Shown: positions 51,001 through 60,623 of the stretch, in pieces
Position numbering within the stretch: position 1 is the stretch's first letter
How the letters are laid out: every line of letters starts with the position of its first letter
Assembly: GCA_038231455.1 (NCBI GenBank)
Contig: JBBRLI010000001.1
Location: forward strand, 128,001-192,000
Length of the DNA: 64,000 nucleotides
Direction of reading: 5' to 3'
From: Vulcanimicrobiales bacterium
GTDB lineage: Bacteria > Vulcanimicrobiota > Vulcanimicrobiia > Vulcanimicrobiales > Vulcanimicrobiaceae
Notes under the pieces: model-generated
Database searches by the model: none
What the model saw: the letters and a program-made list of their open reading frames with translations, nothing else
What the model was told of the DNA's origin: nothing
Position numbers and translations under genes: made by a program

Positions 51001-51501
51001 ATGGATGTCCAGGAACGTTTGCCACACGCACTTGAGACGCGCGCGATTACCCTCCAGGTCAACGGGGCTTCGCACACGTTTGCGGTCGAACCGCGTGTGA
51101 CGTTGCTCGATGCGCTTCGCGAGCGTCTCGCACTGACCGGGACGAAAAAGGGGTGCGATCAAGGCACATGCGGTGCGTGCACGGTGCTCGTCGATGGGCG
51201 TCGTGTCAATTCGTGCCTCACGCTCGCCGTGATGGTTGAGGGACAAGCAATTACAACGATCGAGGGCCTCGCAAGCGGCGAGCAACTGCACCCGATGCAA
51301 GCGGCATTTCTCAAGCACGACGGCTTTCAGTGCGGGTTCTGCACACCGGGACAGATCGTCTCTGCCGTCGCTCTGCTCGCGGAAGGCCGTCCAACCGATC
51401 CGGCGGCGGTCCGCGAGTGGATGAGCGGCAATCTCTGTCGCTGCGGAGCGTATTGCAATATCGTCGATGCGGTGCGTGATGCAGCGGAGGGCGCGCGATG
51501 A
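51001..51501 (+). CDS. paoA: 2Fe-2S subunit of a PaoABC/YagTSR-like aldehyde oxidoreductase
   Basis: GTKKGCDQGTCGACT, QCGFCTPG, NLCRCGAY. Confidence 0.9.
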   Translation: MDVQERLPHALETRAITLQVNGASHTFAVEPRVTLLDALRERLALTGTKKGCDQGTCGACTVLVDGRRVNSCLTLAVMVEGQAITTIEGLASGEQLHPMQAAFLKHDGFQCGFCTPGQIVSAVALLAEGRPTDPAAVREWMSGNLCRCGAYCNIVDAVRDAAEGAR

Positions 51502-52472
51502 ACGCGTTTCGCTACGAGCGCCCAAGCGATGCGTTGGGCGCGATTGCGCTCCACGCTCCGCGCGCGCAGTACATCGCCGGTGGGACGAATCTCTTGGATT
51601 TGATGAAGGACGACGTCGAAACGCCGGAGCTCATCATCGATATTTCGCGCCTACCGTACTCGGCGATCGAATCGTCCGAGGCGGGAGTGCGCGTTGGTGC
51701 GCTCGCCCGCATGAGCGATGTCGCCGACGATATCGCCGTCGCATCGCGTTTCCCAATTGTCGCCGAGGCGCTCCTCGCTGGAGCATCACCGCAGTTACGC
51801 AACATGGCGACGATCGGCGGGAACATTCTTCAACGCACGCGCTGCGCATATTTTCGCGATCCCTCGCAAGTTTGCAATAAGCGCGAAGCGGGCAGCGGAT
51901 GCGCGGCACTCGGCGGCGTGAACCGGATGCACGCCGTCATCGGCGCAAGCGACGACTGTATCGCTACGAATCCCTCGGATCTCGCCGTCGCGCTCACCGC
52001 CGTCGATGCGATCGTCCACGTGCAAGGGCGTGCGGGCGAGGAACGCGCGATTCCGATTACCGATTTCTATTTGCTTCCCGGCACCACGCCGCGGCGCGAG
52101 AACGTTTTGGAGCCAGGCGATCTCATCATTGCCGTCGAGATTCCGGCAAGCGCGGTAGCGCATAATTCGACGTACCTCAAGATCCGTGACCGCGCATCGT
52201 ATGAATTTGCGCTCGTCTCGGTCGGAGCCGGATTGGAACGTACGGGCGGCGTCGTTCGCGCGGCGCGGATCGTTCTTGGCGGCGTGGCACCCAAGCCGTG
52301 GCGCGTCTCCGAGGCCGAAGCACGGATCGTCGGCACATCGGGCGATGCAGGGGCGATCGACGCAGCGGCAGATGCGGCAATCGACGGCATGCGCGGCTAT
52401 GGCGAAAACGACTTTAAGATCGAACTCGTGAGGCGTGCCGTCGTTCGCGCGTTGCAAACGGTGGCGGCATGA
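51498..52472 (+). CDS. paoB: FAD-binding subunit, PaoB/YagS-like
   Basis: AGGTNL, ATIGGN; RCAYFRD...CNKR...GC...C insert; YLKIRDRASY. Confidence 0.9.
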   Translation: MNAFRYERPSDALGAIALHAPRAQYIAGGTNLLDLMKDDVETPELIIDISRLPYSAIESSEAGVRVGALARMSDVADDIAVASRFPIVAEALLAGASPQLRNMATIGGNILQRTRCAYFRDPSQVCNKREAGSGCAALGGVNRMHAVIGASDDCIATNPSDLAVALTAVDAIVHVQGRAGEERAIPITDFYLLPGTTPRRENVLEPGDLIIAVEIPASAVAHNSTYLKIRDRASYEFALVSVGAGLERTGGVVRAARIVLGGVAPKPWRVSEAEARIVGTSGDAGAIDAAADAAIDGMRGYGENDFKIELVRRAVVRALQTVAA

Positions 52473-54655
52473 GCACGCTCGTTGGCGCACCGATCGACCG
52501 CGTCGATGGACTTCGCAAGATCACGGGCACGGCAAACTACACCGGAGATTTGCCCGCGAACCAGCTCGCGCACGGCGTCTTGGTGCTCTCCACCATCGCG
52601 AGCGGCCGCATTACGCGCATCGACGAAGCGGCCGCCCGCGCGGTGCCGGGCGTGCTCGAGATCATTACCCATGCGAATGCACCCCGCGTTAAGACCGAAG
52701 GTCAGGGCGGCGTCGAGCGCACCCTGCGCGTACTCCAAGATGACCGTATTCTCTACGATCGCGAGCCGGTCGCAGTTGTGATCGCCGACTCACTTGAAGC
52801 AGCGACCGAAGGCGCGGCCGCCGTGCGCGTTGAGTACGAAGCAGAACCGCCGGTGACCACGATCGACGCCGGCGTCAAATTGCCGGTCGATGAGGACGAC
52901 GAACCCGAACTCGTGCGCGGCGACGCTGAGGCTGCATTTGCCGCATCGGCGGTCAAGGTCGATGCCATCTACACAACGCCGATGGAACATCACAATCCAC
53001 TCGAACCGCACGCAACACTCGCCGAGTGGGATGGCGCGCTACTCACCGTACACGAGTCGACGCAAGGCGTCTTTTCCGCGCGCAAGCGGTTCGCCGAGAT
53101 TTTCGATCTGCCGCTCACGGACGTGCGCATCGTCGCGAAATTCATCGGTGGTGGATTCGGTTCGAAAGGTTCGGTCTGGCCGCACGCGGTGCTCGCCGCG
53201 ATGGCCGCGCGCTTGCTCGCGCGCCCGGTAAAAATCGTGCTGCAACGCTCGCAGATGTTCGGCTCCGTCGGCTATCGTCCGGAAACGCGCCAGCGCGTCG
53301 CGCTCGGAGCAAACAGCGATGGCGCACTCACCAGCACGATCCACGAAGTCACCTCGCAAACCTCGATGTTCGATGACTTCACCGAATCGGCGACGGCGAT
53401 CTCGAAGATGCTCTACGCCTCGCCCACCGCACACACAAAACAAACGCTTGCGCGCACCAACCAGGCGACACCGACGTTCATGCGTGCGCCGGGTGAGAGC
53501 AGCGGATCGTTTGCGCTTGAGTCCGCGATGGACGAACTTGCGTACGCGACCAAGCTCGATCCGATCGAGTTACGCCTACGCAACTATGCCGAGACCGATC
53601 CGAACGACGGCAGCGCGTATTCGAGCAAATCGCTCCGCGCGTGTTACGAGATGGGCGCGGATTCGTTTGGTTGGTCAAAACGCACGCCCGAGACGCGCTC
53701 GATGCGCGCGGGACGTATGCTTGTGGGATACGGGATGGCGACGGCAACCTATCCTACTTACCGCAGTGGAGCAGCAGCGCAGATTCGCATCAACCCCGAT
53801 GGCAGCGCAATCCTCCAGTCAGGCGGCGCGGATATCGGCACGGGTGCCTACACGGTCTTCACGCAAGTCGCGGCCGAGTTTCTTGGCATCGCGCTCGATC
53901 GTGTGAACATCGACCTTGGCGACACGCTCTTTCCGCTCGCGCCAATTGCGGGCGGATCGATGCTCACCGCAAGCGTTGCCTCCGCAATCAAAGTCGCCGC
54001 GCTCGACGCACGTGGCAAAGTCATCGCTCTTGCCGTTGCCGATCAGTCCTCGCCGCTCCACGGAGCGAGTCCCACGGAAATCTCCGCGGAAGACGGACGT
54101 CTGTTCGTGGCTAGCGATCGAGCGCGAGGTGAAACCTATGCCGCGATCCTCGACCGGCATGACGGCATCACGGTTGAAGGCAATGCCCAAACACAAATGG
54201 GCCCAAGCGAGGAGCAATACGCGATGCACGCGTTTGGCGCGCAATTCGCCGAAGTGCACGTCGATCCGGACCTGGGTGAAGTGCGCGTGAAGCGCTTCAC
54301 GGGAGCCTTTGCCTGCGGGCGGATTCTCAACGCGAAGACCGCGCGCAGTCAATTCCTCGGTGGTATCACGTGGGGTATCGGGATGGCGCTGACCGAGCAA
54401 ACGCGCCTCGACGAACGCACCGGACGGATCATGACGGCAAATCTCGGCGACTATTTAATCCCCGTGCATGCCGACGTGCCGCACGTCGAGACGATACTCG
54501 TCCCCGAGGACGATCCGCTTGTGAATGAAGCGGGCGTCAAAGGCATCGGCGAAATCGGAATCGTGGGCGTCGCAGCAGCCATCGCAAACGCCGTGTATCA
54601 CGCAACCGGGAAACGCATCCGCGATCTCCCGATCACACCGGACAAGCTGCTCTAG
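52469..54655 (+). CDS. paoC: Molybdopterin-binding subunit, PaoC/YagR-like xanthine dehydrogenase family
   Basis: HHNPLEPH, GGGFGSK, MRAPGE, DIGTG, KGIGEIG. Confidence 0.9.
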   Translation: MSTLVGAPIDRVDGLRKITGTANYTGDLPANQLAHGVLVLSTIASGRITRIDEAAARAVPGVLEIITHANAPRVKTEGQGGVERTLRVLQDDRILYDREPVAVVIADSLEAATEGAAAVRVEYEAEPPVTTIDAGVKLPVDEDDEPELVRGDAEAAFAASAVKVDAIYTTPMEHHNPLEPHATLAEWDGALLTVHESTQGVFSARKRFAEIFDLPLTDVRIVAKFIGGGFGSKGSVWPHAVLAAMAARLLARPVKIVLQRSQMFGSVGYRPETRQRVALGANSDGALTSTIHEVTSQTSMFDDFTESATAISKMLYASPTAHTKQTLARTNQATPTFMRAPGESSGSFALESAMDELAYATKLDPIELRLRNYAETDPNDGSAYSSKSLRACYEMGADSFGWSKRTPETRSMRAGRMLVGYGMATATYPTYRSGAAAQIRINPDGSAILQSGGADIGTGAYTVFTQVAAEFLGIALDRVNIDLGDTLFPLAPIAGGSMLTASVASAIKVAALDARGKVIALAVADQSSPLHGASPTEISAEDGRLFVASDRARGETYAAILDRHDGITVEGNAQTQMGPSEEQYAMHAFGAQFAEVHVDPDLGEVRVKRFTGAFACGRILNAKTARSQFLGGITWGIGMALTEQTRLDERTGRIMTANLGDYLIPVHADVPHVETILVPEDDPLVNEAGVKGIGEIGIVGVAAAIANAVYHATGKRIRDLPITPDKLL

Positions 54656-55890
54656 GCGGCCGCTTCTAGGTTCGGCTCTCGTCGTGTCACGCGGATTGCG
54701 ATAACCGCCGATAGAACCAACAGAGCCGCAGCGACAAACCAGGCAGCTCCCGGCAGATGGGCGTCACGATGTCGACCGACGCTCTGTGAGTACACGAACG
54801 TGAAGAGCGCGGGTCCTGCAAGCGAGGCGATCCCGCGTAAACTGCCGAGGGCGCCTTGGAGTTCGCCTTGCTCCGTTGCATCGACTCGGCGCGACATCAT
54901 CGCCTGCGCTGCCGATGCCGCGATGCCCCACAGCATGAGAATCGGCGTCCCGAGGTTGAGGATCAATCCCGTCGGCGCAAACCCGTAGATAGCCATCCCG
55001 GCAGCGCCGAATGACAATCCGCCAGAGAGCGCAAGCCGCTCGCCAAATCGATCGATTGCCGGTTTGATCAGCAGCGCTTGTGTGAGAACGGAAAAGATTC
55101 CGACGAGTGCGAGCGAGAGTCCGATCGCGCGCTCGTCCCACGCGTAGCGTCCGACGACGTAGAGGACGAAGATACTCGGGAGCGCTGCGCCCGCGAGCAC
55201 GGAAAGAAACGACACCGAGGCGAGTCCGAAGAGTTCGCGGTGTGAGCGCAGCATCTTGAGCGAGCCAACGGGATTCGCGCGGCTCCACGCAAACGCGCGG
55301 CGCAGCGCTGGCGGCAGCGATTCCGGCAGCACGAAAAAGCCGTACACGCCGTTAAGCAGACTGAGTCCGGCCGCAAACCAAAACGGATAATGCGGATCGG
55401 CCGCGCCGAGCAGACCGCCAACCGCAGGCCCGATGATAAAGCCAATACCGAACGCCGCGCCGAGCATTCCAAAGCCGGCCGCGCGCTTTTCCGGCGGCGC
55501 GACGTCGGCAACGTAGGCATATGCCGTCGTCGCGCTTGCCGAGGTGATGCCGGAGAGGACGCGACCGACGAACAACCACGCAAGATTCGGCGCCAAGGCC
55601 ATGATGATGTAGTCCATGCCGAGGCCGATATTCGAGAGAATGATGACCGGCCGACGCCCAAAGCGGTCGGAGAGCGCGCCCAAGATCGGCGACATCAGGA
55701 ACTGCATGAGCGCAAAGACGGTACCGAAGATCCCGAAGATCACGCCGGCTTGCGCGTTGTCGCCGCCGACGAAATTGATGACAAGCTTCGGGAACACCGG
55801 TGCGATCACGCCGAAGGCGAGCATGTCGAGCGTCACCGTAGCAAAGATAAACGCAAACGCGCCTTTGCGCGGAACGACGGCTGGCTCCAT
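54652..55890 (-). CDS. TCR/Tet-family MFS transporter
   Basis: LGALSDRFGRRPV motif A; GFIIGPAVGG motif C; LPESL. Confidence 0.92.
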   Translation of the reverse strand: MEPAVVPRKGAFAFIFATVTLDMLAFGVIAPVFPKLVINFVGGDNAQAGVIFGIFGTVFALMQFLMSPILGALSDRFGRRPVIILSNIGLGMDYIIMALAPNLAWLFVGRVLSGITSASATTAYAYVADVAPPEKRAAGFGMLGAAFGIGFIIGPAVGGLLGAADPHYPFWFAAGLSLLNGVYGFFVLPESLPPALRRAFAWSRANPVGSLKMLRSHRELFGLASVSFLSVLAGAALPSIFVLYVVGRYAWDERAIGLSLALVGIFSVLTQALLIKPAIDRFGERLALSGGLSFGAAGMAIYGFAPTGLILNLGTPILMLWGIAASAAQAMMSRRVDATEQGELQGALGSLRGIASLAGPALFTFVYSQSVGRHRDAHLPGAAWFVAAALLVLSAVIAIRVTRREPNLEAAA

Positions 55891-55943
55891 GTCGCAAGAT
55901 TCGTGCGCGGGCAATCGACCTTCCTCGGCAGAAGGCCGCGACT

Positions 55944-56600
55944 ATGACGGTCACCCGAACGCTGCTGCACCTCATCCGCCACGCCGATGCGATCCCGCCC
56001 GACGACGCCGCGATCAGCACCGCCGGATACGAAGATCTTCCGCTCTCGGAAAAAGGCACCGCGCAGGCCTTTGCGCTTGCACGACGTCTCAAAGGCGGTC
56101 CGTCGCGACCGGACGCGATTTACTCGAGTCCAACGCTACGCGCCAAGCAAACCGCCGATACGATCGCCGAGACCGTCAATTTGACCGTGGCGACCGACGA
56201 TCGGCTACGCGAGATATTTCTTGGCATCGAACCTGCAGCGAGCATGCCGCCCCGAGAACGCGCTGCCGCCGTGCGCGCTCGGCTCCAAGAACTCGCCGCA
56301 ATCGCTATTCGCGATGGATCGTGGGCCGCGGTTCCCGGCTGCGAACCCGGCGTCGAAGTGCGCGCGCGAATGCGCGAGGCGATCGACGAAATCGTCGGCC
56401 GTCATCCCGGCGGAAGTATCGCACTTGTCTCACACGCCGGTTCGATCAACGCGTACCTCGCCGAGATTCTCGACATGCAGCGCGATTTCTCGTTTCCCGT
56501 CGGCAACACGTCGCTTAGCACCGTCCGCTTCGCCGACCATCCGCCGATGGTCGTGCGGGTCAACGACACGGCGCACCTCGAAGTCCACACCCGCGTCTAA
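55944..56600 (+). CDS. Histidine phosphatase (phosphoglycerate mutase family)
   Basis: LIRHA, SSPTLRAKQTA, LREI, VSHAG, NDTAHL. Confidence 0.88.
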   Translation: MTVTRTLLHLIRHADAIPPDDAAISTAGYEDLPLSEKGTAQAFALARRLKGGPSRPDAIYSSPTLRAKQTADTIAETVNLTVATDDRLREIFLGIEPAASMPPRERAAAVRARLQELAAIAIRDGSWAAVPGCEPGVEVRARMREAIDEIVGRHPGGSIALVSHAGSINAYLAEILDMQRDFSFPVGNTSLSTVRFADHPPMVVRVNDTAHLEVHTRV

Positions 56601-56729
56601 TTCAGCGAGACGAAAGCCATCTGGTCGGAAAGCTTTCGCCCCTGCAACTATCCTAGCAGAGGCCGATTTCGACGCGGTAAAAAATTACCCGGTGATTCGT
56701 TTCGCCCGGCTCGGGAATGATTCGAAGCG

Positions 56730-57647
56730 ATGACGACGCACGACATTCCCAAGCGCCGGCTCGGTCGTACGAACGAGCAGGTTTCGATGGTCGGCCTTGG
56801 CGGCTTCCACATTGGCAAGCCCGATATTCCCGATGGTGATGCCATCAAATTGATCCATAGCGCGATCGACCGTGGCATTACGTTTCTGGACAATTGCTGG
56901 GATTACAATAACGGTAACAGCGAATTACGAATGGGCCGAGCCCTACAGGTGAAAGGGTACCGCGATCGCGTGTTTCTGATGTCGAAGATCGATGGGCGGA
57001 CGAAGGCGGCGTTCACCGAGCAGTTCGAACAAACGCTGAATCGGCTGCTCGTCGATCATGTCGACCTCATCCAATTTCACGAAAACATTCACGCCGACGA
57101 TGCCGACCGGATTTTTGCCCCGGGCGGCGCGTTCGAAGCGGCGCTCGCAGCAAAGCAGGCGGGCAAGACGCGCTTCATCGGATTTACCGGCCACAAGTCG
57201 CCCAAACTCCACCTACACATGATCGAGATGGCAGCAAAACACGACTTCGTCTTCGATACCGTGCAGATGCCGCTCAACGTGATGGACGCGCATTACGAGA
57301 GCTTCGAGAAACACGTGCTTCCGGTCGCACTCGAACGCGACATGGGAATCATCGGCATGAAAACCTTCGGCGACCACGCGATTCTCGATACGAAGGCCTT
57401 GCCGCCGATCGACATGTTGCACTATGGGTTCAATTTACCGACGAGCGTCGTCGTAACCGGTATCGACAAACCCGAAATTCTCGATCAGGCAATCGAGGCA
57501 GCAACCTCGTTCAAACCGCTCGACGACAAACGCGTCGCCGAGCTGCTCGCAAAGACACGCGACCTTGCCAAAGATGGCGAGAGCGAACTCTACAAAACCA
57601 CGCACTTCTTCGATGGCACGGTGCAGAACCCGAGTTGGCTCGGCTAA
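56730..57647 (+). CDS. Aldo/keto reductase
   Basis: GLGG, DNCWDY, SK, DLIQFH, RFIGFTGH. Confidence 0.92.
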   Translation: MTTHDIPKRRLGRTNEQVSMVGLGGFHIGKPDIPDGDAIKLIHSAIDRGITFLDNCWDYNNGNSELRMGRALQVKGYRDRVFLMSKIDGRTKAAFTEQFEQTLNRLLVDHVDLIQFHENIHADDADRIFAPGGAFEAALAAKQAGKTRFIGFTGHKSPKLHLHMIEMAAKHDFVFDTVQMPLNVMDAHYESFEKHVLPVALERDMGIIGMKTFGDHAILDTKALPPIDMLHYGFNLPTSVVVTGIDKPEILDQAIEAATSFKPLDDKRVAELLAKTRDLAKDGESELYKTTHFFDGTVQNPSWLG

Positions 57648-57661
57648 GCGCCGAGCCGAAC

Positions 57662-58675
57662 TTACGCGGGGACGAGCGCGATGCCAGCGCCGATCGCACG
57701 CAGCTTCGCGTAGGCGATCTCCCGATTCATCGGCGCCATGCCGCAATTCGTCGAGGCGATGATCCTCTCGCGCGGGACGTACTGCGCAGCAAGATCGAGC
57801 GTCGCACGGACATCTTCAGCCGTCTCGATCGTATCGCTAGCGACATCGATTACGCCGACGGCGACATCTTTATTTTTTAAACCGCCGAGGACGTGCGCGG
57901 GAACGTGCGACCCCGCGAGTTCGATCGCGATCTCATCCGCCGAGCTACGCGAGAGGAACGGGAAGATGTGCGAGTACTGATCCCACTCCGCGCCAAGCTC
58001 CGCTTTCCATTTGACGTTGGCCTCGATGCCGTAGCCATAGCAAACGTGCACGGCTTTACGAACGTTGATGCCCGCAAATGCCATGTCGACTGCATCGATA
58101 CCCCAGGCATCGACTTCATCAAAGAACACGTTGAAGGCCGGTTCGTCAAGCTGGATCACGTCGACGCCCGCGTCGACTAAGTCGCGAATCTCCTCATTGA
58201 GCACCCGCGCGAATGCGAACGCCGCGGCTTTGCGCTCTTTGTAGAATCCATCGTACAGCGTGTCGACGATCGTCATCGGCCCCGGCAGCGTGAACTTCAG
58301 CGCACGCGCCGTGAACGATCGAGCCGCCTGCACTTCATCGAGATGGACCGGTCGCGTGCGTCGGATCGCGTCGACAATCGATGGGCAGTCGGCCTCGTAG
58401 CGATCGTTCCGAATGCCGCGCCGAACCTTCTTCTCATTGTCGATCCCCTCGAGCGCCTCGAGGAACCCATGCACGAAGTGGACGCGTGACTGTTCGCCAT
58501 CGGTCACACACTCGATTCCGGCGGCTTCTTGTTCTGCAATCGCGATCCGCGTCGCATCGTGTTTTGCTTGGCGCAAATCGGGACCGCTCAAGCGCCACGT
58601 GGGCCACAGTTTTTCGGTCTCCGCAAGCCACGCGGGTTTGGGCAGACTGCCGGCAATCGAACTCCGATAATGCAT
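57662..58675 (-). CDS. Cobalamin-independent methionine synthase, single-domain MesD-like
   Basis: AGSLPKPAWLAE, DGEQSR, QLDEPAFN, HVCYGYGIEAN.KWK..LG.EW.QY, STNCG. Confidence 0.85.
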   Translation of the reverse strand: MHYRSSIAGSLPKPAWLAETEKLWPTWRLSGPDLRQAKHDATRIAIAEQEAAGIECVTDGEQSRVHFVHGFLEALEGIDNEKKVRRGIRNDRYEADCPSIVDAIRRTRPVHLDEVQAARSFTARALKFTLPGPMTIVDTLYDGFYKERKAAAFAFARVLNEEIRDLVDAGVDVIQLDEPAFNVFFDEVDAWGIDAVDMAFAGINVRKAVHVCYGYGIEANVKWKAELGAEWDQYSHIFPFLSRSSADEIAIELAGSHVPAHVLGGLKNKDVAVGVIDVASDTIETAEDVRATLDLAAQYVPRERIIASTNCGMAPMNREIAYAKLRAIGAGIALVPA

Positions 58676-58740
58676 CTGCCGCGCTTGCCCGCATCGCCTG
58701 TTCCGTCCTGTTCGTGCCGCGCCTGTGGTACGATCCGGGC

Positions 58741-59205
58741 ATGGCAGTAGCGCAATCGGACGCGGCACTCGTCAAGGCCGCTATCGACAAATTCGCACCG
58801 GACGTCAAAAAGACGATCGCCTCCGTGCGTGCGGCGTTGCGCAAACGATTCCCCTCGGCGTACGAACTGGTCTACGACAACTACAATTTTTTCGTCATCG
58901 GTTATGCGCCAAGCAACAAGCCTTCGCACACGATCGTGACTCTCGTGGCAGATGCGCACCATGTCGTCATTTCATTTTATCGCGGGGCCGATGTCGCCGA
59001 CCCGAAGGGCCTCTTGCATGGTGAAGGAAAGCAAAACCGCTTTCTCCACTTACCCGATGGCGCCGAGACCCTCGCACAGCCCGCCGTTCGCGCGTTGATC
59101 GATGACGCCGAAGCGCGGGCACCTGAGCCCATGCCGAAAACCGGCAAAATCGTGACCATCATGCGCTCTGTCTCAGCGAAACAGCGTCCACGCCGACTCG
59201 TCTAA
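58741..59205 (+). CDS. DUF1801-like protein
   Basis: ELVYDNYN, FYRGA...DPKGLLHGEGKQNR; preceded by TGgTACGAT-N6-ATG. Confidence 0.75.
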   Translation: MAVAQSDAALVKAAIDKFAPDVKKTIASVRAALRKRFPSAYELVYDNYNFFVIGYAPSNKPSHTIVTLVADAHHVVISFYRGADVADPKGLLHGEGKQNRFLHLPDGAETLAQPAVRALIDDAEARAPEPMPKTGKIVTIMRSVSAKQRPRRLV

Positions 59206-59242
59206 GCATCGAGATCTACTCACCCGCTTGGAAACGATGTTC

Positions 59243-60007
59243 TCAGTAATGCGGCAGCGATGCGCCGTTGAGCGCAGTTACGATCAACGCTCGCGCATAC
59301 GCTATATCGACGCTTACTGGTGTCACGAAGGCCATTCCGCGACGCCAACGTTCCGTCGCCTCCACGTGGACGCCGCTTAAGATAACCCGACCTCGTCCGA
59401 AAGAACCCTCGACAATTGCGGCAGTCCCATCTGGATACTTTCCAACGACATCACCCCACCCGGAAAGTTGCGGCCCGTCCTCCAAGTAGTGATCGAACAC
59501 TGCCCCATCCGCGTTACGAATCCTAACGGCTACCTTTCGAATACCGTTCATTTCTGCTGAATAAAAGCCGAATTTCACGCCCGAGCTAAGATCAAAACTC
59601 TTATACGGCGCAGGGAAACTGCCCGCGAGGAAGCCACCCGCACAGATTCCGAGATAGTTAAGGCCACGCTTCACCGCGTTGCGAACATTGGACGTCGTGC
59701 CAGCGGTCAGGCTATTGCCCATTTTGACAAAATCCCCACCAGGCACGATGAGCAGGCGGTATTCGAAAATCTGCGATTCGGTCATTCCATTCAATTGTGA
59801 CGAGCTCACAATCGAATAGCGGATGTGGCCGCTTTTGAGAATTGCTTCCAACGCTGCGCTATCGTTCGCGGAAGTCCCAGCGCCAGCGAATAAGAGAACT
59901 GGGGCAATTACGTTTGCGCGTGCGGGCGGCGCAACGCTCGTCGCTAGCGAAGCGATGACCAAACTCGCCCAAAAATATCTAATGGGAGTTGCAAGTTTGC
60001 GGCGCAT
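59243..60007 (-). CDS. Secreted BPL-N (class I glutamine amidotransferase-like) domain protein
   Basis: Signal peptide ARA-N; LIVPGG, YLGICAGG, GRVILSGVHVE. Confidence 0.8.
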   Translation of the reverse strand: MRRKLATPIRYFWASLVIASLATSVAPPARANVIAPVLLFAGAGTSANDSAALEAILKSGHIRYSIVSSSQLNGMTESQIFEYRLLIVPGGDFVKMGNSLTAGTTSNVRNAVKRGLNYLGICAGGFLAGSFPAPYKSFDLSSGVKFGFYSAEMNGIRKVAVRIRNADGAVFDHYLEDGPQLSGWGDVVGKYPDGTAAIVEGSFGRGRVILSGVHVEATERWRRGMAFVTPVSVDIAYARALIVTALNGASLPHY

Positions 60008-60141
60008 TCTGACTCCGATTACGGCGTTCGTCTAGCTCAAGCCGGATACACGAGGCGTTACAACCCCGTTTATCCACGCCCTTCAGCTAGATCTTACCGT
60101 CTTTATTGCTAAGGCGAGAAATGTGCCTTAGCACGGTCGCG

Positions 60142-60203
60142 AAAATTAAAAATGCACTATCCCGAGTAATCCCATCGTTCTGGGTTCATCGGGAGAGTGC
60201 ATT
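60142..60203 (-). terminator. Probable intrinsic terminator of ssrA
   Basis: AATGCACT.TCCCGA...TCGGGA.AGTGCATT hairpin followed by a T-rich run on the minus strand. Confidence 0.7.
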
Positions 60204-60207
60204 AACG

Positions 60208-60562
60208 TGGTGGAGCTGTCGGGGAACCGCCCCCCGAGTCCGAAAAGCCGGACTAACGCTTTCTCCAGGCTCAGCTTCGAATTTGTCTTAAGCGCTCGGA
60301 CTTCTCGAAACCGGAATTCCGTTCGCAGCAGCTTCAGTTGATTTGTCGGGCTATTCTCAAAGCGTTGTCTTAGCCGTATCCCGATCTGTTGACGGATAGC
60401 GAGCTGATTCGGGAGACCTCTCGCATACCGTCGCTAACCTAAATTAGGCAGCGAGGGCGTATTCGTTGTTCGCGTGTAAACGCTTGTGATCGTTTTAGGA
60501 GGGCTCACAACTCCGCCTGCTTACGCTAACCGCGGATCATCCCGTCGAAGCTACTCAGCCCC
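60208..60562 (-). ncRNA. ssrA: tmRNA, one-piece, 355 nt, tag (A)ANNEYALAA
   Basis: 5' GGGGCTGA..GCTTCGAC; 3' CAGCTCCACCA giving an acceptor stem with G3-U; internal GCG AAC AAC GAA TAC GCC CTC GCT GCC TAA. Confidence 0.95.
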
Positions 60563-60586
60563 ACGGCATGCCAATGGCAGCACTCT

Positions 60587-60595
60587 ATTCTACCA
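60587..60595 (-). promoter_or_regulatory. Extended -10 promoter of ssrA
   Basis: TGgTAGAAT 24 nt upstream of the mature 5' end. Confidence 0.65.
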
Positions 60596-60623
60596 CAAAC
60601 CGTCCAGCTTCACACGCCGGAGG

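Noticed and set aside
54652-55890. Acquired tetracycline resistance gene
   Set aside because: TCR/Tet-family MFS, but no tetR or mobile context and host-like composition; substrate unknown
58676-58740. SAM or cobalamin riboswitch ahead of the methionine synthase
   Set aside because: The spacer is only 65 nt, is shared with a divergent promoter, and shows no aptamer motifs
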